Counted from the first letter of the stretch, positions 30,105 to 38,289 are shown. The stretch: DNA of 56,211 nt from a virus (IMGVR_UViG_3300030101_003189:1-56211); one strand, 5' to 3'. Notes: generated by a model not told the origin, from the letters alone. Numbers and translations are program-made.

Positions 30105-30227
30105 CCCTGACCCCTGTAGTCTGAACTAGGTGTTCATCAAAGATGCATTGAACAACTATGCAAAAATAGCACCTCATCTAGAGTTCTCCTCTAGCTTTAT
30201 TCCTAGTCCAGAGTACAGGAGTCAGGG
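30105..30227 (-). ncRNA. Candidate structured element (26-bp closing stem enclosing three small hairpins)
   Basis: Arms 30105-30130 and 30202-30227 pair at 23/26; two of the three mismatches become G-U on the minus strand. Confidence 0.4.
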
Positions 30228-30235
30228 TTCATGGT

Positions 30236-31972
30236 TTATTCGTCGAGGTTTGCAGCGATTAAATCTTCTAAAGATGGTGGAGCAGTGTCGCTTTTTACTT
30301 TTGGTACAATATGACCTATTAAGACACGCTCTTCTGGTAGAGTATTTCTTTTATTTAACCTATAGTTTTCGTAAGCCTTATTTTTCTTTATATGTTCTGC
30401 TCTAATTTTGTTAGCCTCATTATTAATATCAGAAAACTTTGGGGCAAAACTATCTAATATATCACTGATTTTATTTTTAAGTGGTGAAGGCTTCATTACA
30501 ATAGTTTTAGAATTTATTAGTTCACGTATATGACGCTCCAAAATAATTACACGAGGTGCTATTATAACATTACCTTTTTCATCAGTTATATTTTGATCTA
30601 TTCCTTTATTTAAAAGGAGTTCACAAAGTTTTTCTGCCATAAATATTTTTATATTTTCAATTTTATGTTGGTTAATATTATCTAATTCTTCTTTAGAAGG
30701 AACCTCATTACCTTCAAAGTGTTTAACTATATTTATGTATTGCTGTGAAGTTAGATCTACAGCACTACCTAAAGAAGAATGTTTATACTTACTACCTAAA
30801 ATCATTTTGTAAATGTATTGCTCGTCTGATGGGTCACCATAAAACCTCCCGATCAAATCTCCTTTTTCTGGAACTTCTTCCGTTTTTTGTCGGAGACTAT
30901 ATGTCCTATTTTTATACATACATAAATCATATATAACTGTAGGTAGTTCAACAGGATCAGCATTTGAAAAAGCTAAGAAAGGTAATCTTGCAGTTAAAGG
31001 TTCTTTTGGTTTTTCAGATGAGTACATATGCGAACCAGAAGGATTAAATATTTCTACTAAAACAGAAGGTCCATTGAACTCACCAAAAGTATCACCCCTA
31101 AGATAATCATCAACAATTTTTACGTAGCTCAAACTCTTTATGAAGTTATCGAAAAATAGTTTACGATAAGATAAACCATGTTTTTTTGCGATTTCAGCTA
31201 TGCGACATATACTACTAGCTATTGATTCTTTACCTAGCCAACGTGCTTTTGGTTTGAGTATATTTGTAGTCTTAATTTCTCGCACCACACTCGATGCGTT
31301 TATTGACTGATTACGATTTGCCGTCGACTTATTATTATAAAAGTGATAGTGTGAGACCCCCACTCTAGAGTCAACATCAATATCAATTTTTAAATCTCTT
31401 AACTTCTGTGTTATTTGTTCTATAGTTTTTATATGTACTTCTTTTGTGAGAAGTAAATGGCTGTCTGTTTTAAATAATGCAGATATGTAATCTATATTTA
31501 AATCATTTACGTTGAAAATTTCTCCGTTTTTAGGTAGAGCTACTTTTCTAAATACACCTCTTCTGTTTTCGTCTTTTACACACCAATTAAGATTATATGT
31601 ACGTCTCCTCTGATAAACTAAATCTTCTAGTACAGCTATGTTATTTTTAGCTTTATTGAATATCTTTTGTTTTTCTTTTGAGATTAAATTATCTAGTCGT
31701 TCAGTTTCTTTTTCTATATTCTTATATAGATCTACAAAACTTTTTTTAGAATCTACTCTCTTCCTATCTCCTTTGACACGTATAAAAAGCTTTCGATAAG
31801 TTTCATCATCCTCATCAAACATTTTACGTATTCTTTTCTCATATTCCGACTTCTCTTTTCGATAGCCTAAATCAGTTTCCATCAAGGGTATTACTCCTTT
31901 AGGTTCTCCTTCAGGAAATTTGATCCTTTCAAAGTCCCCTTTTCCTTCCAGAATTTCACTTATGTTGTTCAT
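30236..31972 (-). CDS. Large AT-rich hypothetical protein
   Basis: 578-aa Lys/Ile/Asn-rich ORF; no motif recognised. Confidence 0.75.
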   Translation of the reverse strand: MNNISEILEGKGDFERIKFPEGEPKGVIPLMETDLGYRKEKSEYEKRIRKMFDEDDETYRKLFIRVKGDRKRVDSKKSFVDLYKNIEKETERLDNLISKEKQKIFNKAKNNIAVLEDLVYQRRRTYNLNWCVKDENRRGVFRKVALPKNGEIFNVNDLNIDYISALFKTDSHLLLTKEVHIKTIEQITQKLRDLKIDIDVDSRVGVSHYHFYNNKSTANRNQSINASSVVREIKTTNILKPKARWLGKESIASSICRIAEIAKKHGLSYRKLFFDNFIKSLSYVKIVDDYLRGDTFGEFNGPSVLVEIFNPSGSHMYSSEKPKEPLTARLPFLAFSNADPVELPTVIYDLCMYKNRTYSLRQKTEEVPEKGDLIGRFYGDPSDEQYIYKMILGSKYKHSSLGSAVDLTSQQYINIVKHFEGNEVPSKEELDNINQHKIENIKIFMAEKLCELLLNKGIDQNITDEKGNVIIAPRVIILERHIRELINSKTIVMKPSPLKNKISDILDSFAPKFSDINNEANKIRAEHIKKNKAYENYRLNKRNTLPEERVLIGHIVPKVKSDTAPPSLEDLIAANLDE

Positions 31973-32078
31973 ATTTTTATATTTTTATATTAATCTTTAT
32001 CTATCTCAGAAGAGACAGCGAAGAACTTTAGTACAAGGTAGATCAACGCAAACCAGATAACTATTCCTGTTAGTATTG

Positions 32079-32414
32079 TCATGATGTGACTTTGTTTAAA
32101 AGGTTTACTACAGATTCTTGTGTACTTAAATAGTGATGGGCTTCAAACTTAGCTTCACTATCAGGCACACACCCATATTCCTCAAAGAACTTTTGGCGTA
32201 AAGCTTTAAGAAGTTCTGGAGCCTCTACCCCAAAACTTTCTGTGGTTGAATGGAACTTACGTTCTCGTTTCTTTAGTTTATTATAATTCATATTAAACTT
32301 TTTTGCGTGACGAGTTGCGTCTGCTTTGTTTTTAAACCACTTGGTTTGTGTACCTGCTGTTGGGTATTCACACCCATCTAGTTCTATAGTTGTTATTTTA
32401 TATATCGTGTTCAT
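32079..32414 (-). CDS. Hypothetical early protein
   Basis: 111 aa, ATGA-coupled to the upstream gene. Confidence 0.65.
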   Translation of the reverse strand: MNTIYKITTIELDGCEYPTAGTQTKWFKNKADATRHAKKFNMNYNKLKKRERKFHSTTESFGVEAPELLKALRQKFFEEYGCVPDSEAKFEAHHYLSTQESVVNLLNKVTS

Positions 32415-32671
32415 AAACTTATATCTACTTCGGGTTCTATTGTTTCTGTGTGTTCTAATGCTTCCTTAAAACACCCTGACTCTCTAGCTTCCTTGATCCT
32501 TTTGAATAGGTAAGCTACCAATACTTCATCGTCAATGAGCCAAGGATCAAGGTGCAGGGAATCAACGGAGAACGAGATATTAAAGTCGTGTGTAAACAGT
32601 TTTGGTTTGCTACTAATAACATCCCTCAACCATTCATGGTAGGGTTCATTTGATATGTGATTGCTCGGCAT
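32411..32671 (-). CDS. Hypothetical early protein
   Basis: 86 aa in a tightly packed leftward string. Confidence 0.6.
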   Translation of the reverse strand: MPSNHISNEPYHEWLRDVISSKPKLFTHDFNISFSVDSLHLDPWLIDDEVLVAYLFKRIKEARESGCFKEALEHTETIEPEVDISL

Positions 32672-32843
32672 CGTTTAGTTCCTCCATTCTTTCTGATAGT
32701 GAATTGATTCTTTTTTTGTATTCTATGATACGTTCGTTGTGTATACGTATCTCATCTGCCTGTTCGTGCAACTTTTGTAGCAGTCGCAGACAGATGAGAA
32801 CGATACCAACATACACTCCTATGATTAAAATTGCGTATATCAT
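32646..32843 (-). CDS. Small membrane-anchored coiled-coil protein
   Basis: N-terminal transmembrane segment MIYAILIIGVYVGIVLICL followed by a heptad-rich helix. Confidence 0.6.
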   Translation of the reverse strand: MIYAILIIGVYVGIVLICLRLLQKLHEQADEIRIHNERIIEYKKRINSLSERMEELNDAEQSHIK

Positions 32844-33229
32844 TCTGGTCTAATTGCTATTTCTATCGAGCCGTCTGTATGCCACAGGATATCGGCTAGT
32901 TGTTTCTTCTTTACGACAGACTGGTACTTGATCCATGCGTCGTTAAACTTTGGATAGCTGTACTTCGCCCACATCTTGAGATCACTCGGATGAATGTAAT
33001 CTATATCAGATGGTTTGTAATCACCGATTGAATCCCAATCCCTTTGAGTCATCTGAGTTTCTCTTTCATCTGCCTCCAGTAAATCTGCAAGGGCGGTTTC
33101 ACTGGCTAAGTTTTTATGGCGTTTCTTTCGGAGCGTCACCCTTGGTGGGTTCGGCTCCAATGAAACAATATAAGATTCACCATTTAATTCTACAGCTCTG
33201 TGTATTGCTTTGTTTAAATCTGTAGCCAT
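32840..33229 (-). CDS. Hypothetical early protein
   Basis: 129 aa with GGAGG SD and TAATG coupling. Confidence 0.65.
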   Translation of the reverse strand: MATDLNKAIHRAVELNGESYIVSLEPNPPRVTLRKKRHKNLASETALADLLEADERETQMTQRDWDSIGDYKPSDIDYIHPSDLKMWAKYSYPKFNDAWIKYQSVVKKKQLADILWHTDGSIEIAIRPE

Positions 33230-33414
33230 TATGATACCTCCTTAATATAATCTTCCCATTGGGATGCTTCTTCTACTTTATAAATCAAATCATCTATAAC
33301 ATCTCCGATAGTAAAACCAGATCCGTTATTATCCTTTGGTTCATCCATCAACTTGCGTAGCTCTAAGAACTCCTTGATGTCATTTAAATCACATAGGGTT
33401 TCTGATACGTTCAT
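33229..33414 (-). CDS. Hypothetical early protein
   Basis: 61 aa with GGAGG SD and ATGA coupling. Confidence 0.65.
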   Translation of the reverse strand: MNVSETLCDLNDIKEFLELRKLMDEPKDNNGSGFTIGDVIDDLIYKVEEASQWEDYIKEVS

Positions 33415-33566
33415 TCTGATACCTCCTCCTCTGTTATAATTTCACACTCAGCAGATAACAAAGTATCTGCTCCACCCTCCCACAAGAATACATTGCTGAT
33501 AGAACCCTCATAATAAATAGCAATGTGATCATCACTGTTTGGTATCTTAACTTCTAAGAGTTTCAT
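33411..33566 (-). CDS. Hypothetical early protein
   Basis: Start reassigned to ATG 33566 (MKLLEVKIP..., 51 aa) based on GGAGG SD and ATGA coupling. Confidence 0.6.
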   Translation of the reverse strand: MKLLEVKIPNSDDHIAIYYEGSISNVFLWEGGADTLLSAECEIITEEEVSE

Positions 33567-33748
33567 TCTGATACCTCCTCTAACTTGAGTTTGTACTCCT
33601 CCACTTCTAGCTCCTTGAGGATAGTCATCGATTGACAAGACCAGATAGCATCATCAACTTCTTCAATTAGATCTGCCTTAGTTTTGTTAGCAGACATCGG
33701 GTGTACACATCCATAGAATGTGAACTTATATACTTTAGGTTTTTTCAT
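33563..33748 (-). CDS. Hypothetical early protein
   Basis: 61 aa with GGAGG SD and ATGA coupling. Confidence 0.65.
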   Translation of the reverse strand: MKKPKVYKFTFYGCVHPMSANKTKADLIEEVDDAIWSCQSMTILKELEVEEYKLKLEEVSE

Positions 33749-33954
33749 TTTGATACCTCCACATCTTCTTTAGTTCTAAACCACCAATCGTCTAAACTGA
33801 AGCCCTCATCAGAACTCCTATCGTTTAGGAAATTAAGGAACTGATCAATTACCTCTGACTTAGTACCACTTGCAATGGTTAACCATAACCAGTCTTTATT
33901 AGGATCACTACAATCTCTATCTATATGGGATACTTTCCCTACTTGAATTTGCAT
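33745..33954 (-). CDS. Hypothetical early protein (first of the leftward operon)
   Basis: 69 aa with an A-rich leader, downstream of a hairpin and promoter. Confidence 0.65.
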   Translation of the reverse strand: MQIQVGKVSHIDRDCSDPNKDWLWLTIASGTKSEVIDQFLNFLNDRSSDEGFSLDDWWFRTKEDVEVSK

Positions 33955-33980
33955 AGTTATTATTTTATTTTGAGTTAATA

Positions 33981-34021
33981 CCCCCTCAGATAGAAGCCGT
34001 ATAAGAAACTATCTGAGGGGG
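33981..34021. promoter_or_regulatory. 13-bp perfect hairpin in the leftward early leader
   Basis: CCCCCTCAGATAG / CTATCTGAGGGGG with a 15-nt loop. Confidence 0.6.
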
Positions 34022-34055
34022 CTGTGTTTCATTACTGTTTGAGTAACGGAAACCT

Positions 34056-34084
34056 ATCTTAACCCCAAGTGAATATTGAGTCAA
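34056..34084 (-). promoter_or_regulatory. Sigma70-like leftward early promoter
   Basis: TTGACT-N17-TAAGAT on the minus strand. Confidence 0.65.
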
Positions 34085-34164
34085 GATATTTTCTTCTTTA
34101 TTTATTGACTTGTCGCAACTGCTTCAAGATTAAGGGGTAATGAATAAGGGATCAGGGTGCAGGG

Positions 34165-34235
34165 TGTCTCCCATAGCTCAGTGTCTCCCATGTCTCCCAT
34201 GTCTCCCATGTCTCCCATGTCTCCCATGTCTCCCA
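34165..34235 (+). repeat. 9-bp tandem repeat TGTCTCCCA
   Basis: Six contiguous copies 34182-34235 plus one isolated copy at 34165. Confidence 0.95.
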
Positions 34236-34268
34236 TGTCCGATGGCTCCGCAGGAGGGGGAAGCTCAC

Positions 34269-34398
34269 CCTAACATTTTACCAAGCCCTAACACTTTACT
34301 AACCTAACACTTTACTAACCTAACACTTTACTAAACTAACACTTTACTAACCTAACATTTTACTAAACTAACATTTTACTAACCTAACATTTTACTAA
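34269..34398 (+). repeat. 16-bp tandem repeat (C/A)CTAACA(C/T)TTTACTAA
   Basis: Seven contiguous copies 34287-34398 plus a degenerate copy at 34269. Confidence 0.95.
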
Positions 34399-34497
34399 CT
34401 AACAAAGCAATAAACACTAACAAAAATAAAAACCTAACGATTTTCAAATGCACTAGCATTGCAACAAACCCTAGCATTGTCATAAAAAACAAAGAAC

Positions 34498-34526
34498 TTG
34501 AATTATTTGTTAATATATGTTAAATT
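34498..34526 (+). promoter_or_regulatory. Sigma70-like rightward early promoter
   Basis: TTGAAT-N17-TAAATT with an A-rich upstream tract. Confidence 0.6.
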
Positions 34527-34591
34527 TGACGCTCACAGAGAACCTCTCACAAAGGGGGGTTCAACCAGAAAAAACATATAGAAAAATAACT

Positions 34592-35689
34592 ATGATAGAT
34601 AAGACAGCCAGAGCAGCTAATGCTCCAATTGATAAAGTGTTAGAAAAAATACGTAGAAGCGACTATGTCGCACCAAGGAATCAACTAAGATTCCATCATA
34701 ACAGAAATGAAGATGGCAGATCGTTAGGCTATAGCATTAGCCTAAGTGATAAGGGAACGGAGGTTCACCGCTTCAATACTAACCAACACTTTAACCATCA
34801 GACCGCCAGTTACCTCGGCAGTGGGTTAAAGGAATACAGCCGACACCTTCACGAAACTAACCAGCGTGAACTCTTAGTTCATAACTTTAATAAACAGTTA
34901 GAGCGTCAAGAGGGTAGGGCGTTGATTAGAACAATAGGTGAGGATAGAAAAGCTAGAGCATTCCTTAGTTCTAAATACAAAGTAGTGGACGATGCGGAAG
35001 TATTCGCACCAGTGGTTGAAATGATAGCCAAGGACTCTAACAAATACAGAACACTTGGTGGTCAAAGAACCGACACTAGAACTTATTTAAAGTTCATATC
35101 TAGAGAACCCATATTCCAACTTGGTGAGAGAACTTGTTATGCAGGTTTCCAAGGTGGCAACTCTGAAGTCGGCAAGGGTAGTGCATCCATTAAAGCTTTC
35201 ATCTTTGATAGCTTCTGTGAGAACGGATGCACGTTTGGAAACTTGGAAATGTTTAACGTAAAGTTCAGACATGTTGGTGCAGATATCTCGACACCCTTTG
35301 GAGAGGTATTTGATGAACTGCAATTGCAGCAGTCGCAGCAAATTGTACACGCACTAAAACAAGCTGTGGCTAAAGTGTTAGATCCTAGCACACACAGCGA
35401 AATTGCTGACTTGTTAGTACGTGGTGCAAATCGTCGCATAACTGGTGATATGGGGGCAGTGCTTAAAGGTGTTGGAGCTAAGTTCAAACTTACCAAAGCA
35501 GAGCAGGAAGATATCCTCCTAACAGCCGACGAAAAGGAACCGCATGCTTACGGAGTACAAGCTGCCATTACCAAGTTAGCTCAGGAAGCCAGTAGCTATG
35601 ACCGCAGAGCAGAGTTAGAAGAAATTGGTGGCAAGGTTTTAACCATGTCAGATAACCAGTGGAATTCTATAGCAGCACTAACTAAGTAA
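34592..35689 (+). CDS. DUF932-like protein
   Basis: RAFLSSKYKVVDD, GNSEVGKGS, CENG and C-terminal ELEEIGG motifs. ATG 34592 chosen because ATG 34517 lies inside the promoter. Confidence 0.75.
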   Translation: MIDKTARAANAPIDKVLEKIRRSDYVAPRNQLRFHHNRNEDGRSLGYSISLSDKGTEVHRFNTNQHFNHQTASYLGSGLKEYSRHLHETNQRELLVHNFNKQLERQEGRALIRTIGEDRKARAFLSSKYKVVDDAEVFAPVVEMIAKDSNKYRTLGGQRTDTRTYLKFISREPIFQLGERTCYAGFQGGNSEVGKGSASIKAFIFDSFCENGCTFGNLEMFNVKFRHVGADISTPFGEVFDELQLQQSQQIVHALKQAVAKVLDPSTHSEIADLLVRGANRRITGDMGAVLKGVGAKFKLTKAEQEDILLTADEKEPHAYGVQAAITKLAQEASSYDRRAELEEIGGKVLTMSDNQWNSIAALTK

Positions 35690-35693
35690 CAAA

Positions 35694-35768
35694 ATGGAAC
35701 CAGTTATTTATTACATTTTAACTTGGTTTGTATTTGTAATCATTACCGCAATTCTAACATTAAGATAA
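35694..35768 (+). CDS. 24-aa single-pass membrane peptide, not in the ORF track
   Basis: MEPVIYYILTWFVFVIITAILTLR, starting 4 nt after the DUF932 stop. Confidence 0.45.
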   Translation: MEPVIYYILTWFVFVIITAILTLR

Positions 35769-35812
35769 AAACTAGGAGGGGGGTGACACCCCCTCCGCAA
35801 CTCAAAACAAAA

Positions 35813-36220
35813 ATGATAAACTTTCCTTTCACAATCTGGACTATGCCAGATTACAAACTACAGATTCATTACCGCATTTACAAATTTGAATCTAGCATTG
35901 CCAGATCCGTTAGATCTAATGATATAACTTATGATATTGGTGAAACATATTTAAGCTATCGCTCCAGAGTTAGATTACTTCTGAAAAAATATAACAAAGG
36001 CAACTGTGTTGAAATTGGTTCCGCTCTAGCAGAGTTAAAACAAGAATTGTCTGTCATGAAAGACTCTTACAAAAAACTAGCTTCTGTTAATGTTAGGCAC
36101 AGGCAGCAATTTAAACAGTGCCTTTTAGATATGCACTGCATTACAAATTTTCAGACTCTTAAATCTGCAATGGTAATAACACAATTCCGTACAAAAAACT
36201 TTAATCATTCCTATGCTTAA
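35813..36220 (+). CDS. Hypothetical early protein
   Basis: Likely start MINFPF after an A-rich leader and a GC hairpin at 35775-35796. Confidence 0.6.
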   Translation: MINFPFTIWTMPDYKLQIHYRIYKFESSIARSVRSNDITYDIGETYLSYRSRVRLLLKKYNKGNCVEIGSALAELKQELSVMKDSYKKLASVNVRHRQQFKQCLLDMHCITNFQTLKSAMVITQFRTKNFNHSYA

Positions 36221-36265
36221 CTAATAAACTTAATAACAAAACCCTAACATCAAAATAAAATAACT

Positions 36266-36832
36266 ATGAAAAACAAAATCAATAAGCTCCTAACGAAGCT
36301 TCAAAACAAGGTTGCTGATATTGTGATCAAACGATTGCAAGATGGCGATACAATCACAGCTTCTGTATTAGCGGAAGCCCTAACAAACAATCAAAAATTC
36401 CGCTATGACATTATTGAATCCGTAGCAGGTGATGTTTTAGACAATGATAGGATCGTTAGTGACCTTGCACAACATATCGAACCTTACGCCGTTGCTAACG
36501 AGATTGATTTGTGTGATCTGGCTAACGTCATTAATACTGATGATATCGCTTATGAAGTAGCACACAATTTCTCAGCTTCTGAGATTGCCGAGAACTTTAG
36601 CCCTGATGAAATCGCTCAAGAATTAGATGCCTCTGAAATCGCTGACCAAATCCAAGAACGGATACCGACACCAGATATTGAAACTATTAGAGCCGAACTT
36701 AATCACTTAGAAGAATCCCTAACGGAGTTCAAAACTCTAACGAATGAACAATTCGATATTGCTAATGAAATGACTAACAAAACACTAAGAACTTTGTCTG
36801 AAAGTTTGTTAGAAGCGAGTCAGCAGTACTAA
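36266..36832 (+). CDS. Acidic protein with ~9-aa helical repeats
   Basis: Repeats of the type ASEIAENFS / PDEIAQELD / ASEIADQIQ, then a C-terminal coiled coil. Confidence 0.7.
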   Translation: MKNKINKLLTKLQNKVADIVIKRLQDGDTITASVLAEALTNNQKFRYDIIESVAGDVLDNDRIVSDLAQHIEPYAVANEIDLCDLANVINTDDIAYEVAHNFSASEIAENFSPDEIAQELDASEIADQIQERIPTPDIETIRAELNHLEESLTEFKTLTNEQFDIANEMTNKTLRTLSESLLEASQQY

Positions 36833-36869
36833 ATCATCAAAAATGGTCGATCCTCAAAAATCGCTTAGA

Positions 36870-36934
36870 ATGGCTAATGAGACAGCTTGCAGGGTTCAAG
36901 TTGCATTGATCCCCTGCAAGCTGTTCTCAGCCAT
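36870..36934. repeat. Long inverted repeat / hairpin
   Basis: Core ACAGCTTGCAGGG / CCCTGCAAGCTGT (36882-36894 with 36912-36924), extendable on both sides with bulges. Confidence 0.8.
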
Positions 36935-37260
36935 CCTGAAGGCTGACAACGTGGGTTCTGGGTCTCTGATCTGCGTGGTTTACCCGCTCATTTTCTCAAT
37001 CTCCGATTGAGCTGAAATTTTCCCATTTGCAAGGAAGCATGACGTAGCAAATGGGCATCCATACCATTCCGAAGGCTGAATGATTCATGCAACATGTTGA
37101 GCGATAGCGAACTAGAATCTTACCTAGCATCCGAGCTTTGCTCGCTAGATTCCTGCTACACGCCACGGGGGGTATGCGACTTTTGTTCGTCTCTCGTAGT
37201 ATGTATATGGGGGCTTTGAGAAAAAATTTGACTTATTTTTGCCCGCTCATATTAATACAG

Positions 37261-37503
37261 ATGGCCGATCTTAAAAAGCAAGAATATTACAAAAATAACA
37301 AGAAAAAAAGACTAGAATACCAGCGTAAGTACTACGAAGCAAACAAAGAGCGTATAGCTCAAAAAAGAGAGCGAGAGCGGTTGGATGACCCTCAATGGAA
37401 AGAAAAACAACGGGCGTATAATCGGGTGTACTACATGCAAAACAAAGAGAAAATCATGGATCAAAGGAAAGCTAAGAAAAAAGAGCCAAAAAACCGCTCG
37501 TAA
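37261..37503 (+). CDS. Small Lys/Tyr/Arg-rich protein
   Basis: Likely start MADLKKQEYY; YYxxNKE repeats; TTGACT box upstream. Confidence 0.6.
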   Translation: MADLKKQEYYKNNKKKRLEYQRKYYEANKERIAQKRERERLDDPQWKEKQRAYNRVYYMQNKEKIMDQRKAKKKEPKNRS

Positions 37504-37602
37504 TTTTGAGCGTATGAGCCTGTTCTGAGCGGAAGAAAAAACTTGACTACCATAAAATAAACCATGTCTATATATCCTCAGAAACTTTTTGAAACAAATA
37601 TG

Positions 37603-37673
37603 AAAAGGTGTACACAGTTTATAGGATTTGCATACAATGTACATACAAATCCTATAAACTGTGTACACCTTTT
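37603..37673. repeat. Perfect 28-bp inverted repeat followed by an AT-alternating tract (origin candidate)
   Basis: AAAAGGTGTACACAGTTTATAGGATTTG / CAAATCCTATAAACTGTGTACACCTTTT with a 15-nt spacer. Confidence 0.9.
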
Positions 37674-37736
37674 TTAGAAAGTAATATATCTATATATTAT
37701 ATATAATGTATTGATTCAATTTCTTTTCTATGCTAT

Positions 37737-38204
37737 ATGGGTGATATGGAAAACCTATTAGAAAATATAGAACGTCGCCCCATTCCCAAATCGAAATACG
37801 AAATAGACCAAAACGGCTTCATTTATCGTAAGGGTAATAGACTTAGATCCCACTATAAAAATGGGAGGTGGTATTGTAACTTGCTGTTATCAGGAAAACA
37901 GCTAATGGTAGACACTGAAAAACTAGCCGACTTAATTTTCAGTGACGAAGACCCTCCAGAGCTTACTCGGTCGATGATTGAGGATCAGCTCAAGGCTCGC
38001 CCTGTTCCAGAGTACCCCCGTTATTCTGTTACTGAGTATGGGGCTATATATTGCATGCAGCCTCCAAAAAGAGGTCCAAACGCAGGTAAGCTGTATCTTG
38101 TATCCGAAAGAACGCTTCACGGAAAAGATTATGTTCTGTTATATGATTACGAAGGATGCCGACGTTCTATACAAGTTCAGACAATAGTGGACTCTGTATG
38201 GTGA
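37737..38204 (+). CDS. Tandem NUMOD4-like DNA-binding protein
   Basis: Two units: RPIPKSKYEIDQNGFIY and RPVPEYPRYSVTEYGAIY. No HNH catalytic motif. Start may be ATG 37746. Confidence 0.5.
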   Translation: MGDMENLLENIERRPIPKSKYEIDQNGFIYRKGNRLRSHYKNGRWYCNLLLSGKQLMVDTEKLADLIFSDEDPPELTRSMIEDQLKARPVPEYPRYSVTEYGAIYCMQPPKRGPNAGKLYLVSERTLHGKDYVLLYDYEGCRRSIQVQTIVDSVW

Positions 38205-38289
38205 TCCCTGATTCATGATTCCTGACTCAAGGTACAGGGATCAGATTCACCCTTGTAGAAAGCTAAATTGGCCTTAAATTTATTGACTA

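Noticed and set aside
30131-30201. tRNA gene
   Set aside because: Three-hairpin shape, but no TTC T-loop or GG D-loop consensus and arm lengths do not fit.
34165-34398. CRISPR array or eukaryotic telomere / branch-point (CCCTAA, TACTAAC) sequence
   Set aside because: Repeats are contiguous with no spacers, units are 9 and 16 bp, and they are embedded between phage promoters and genes.
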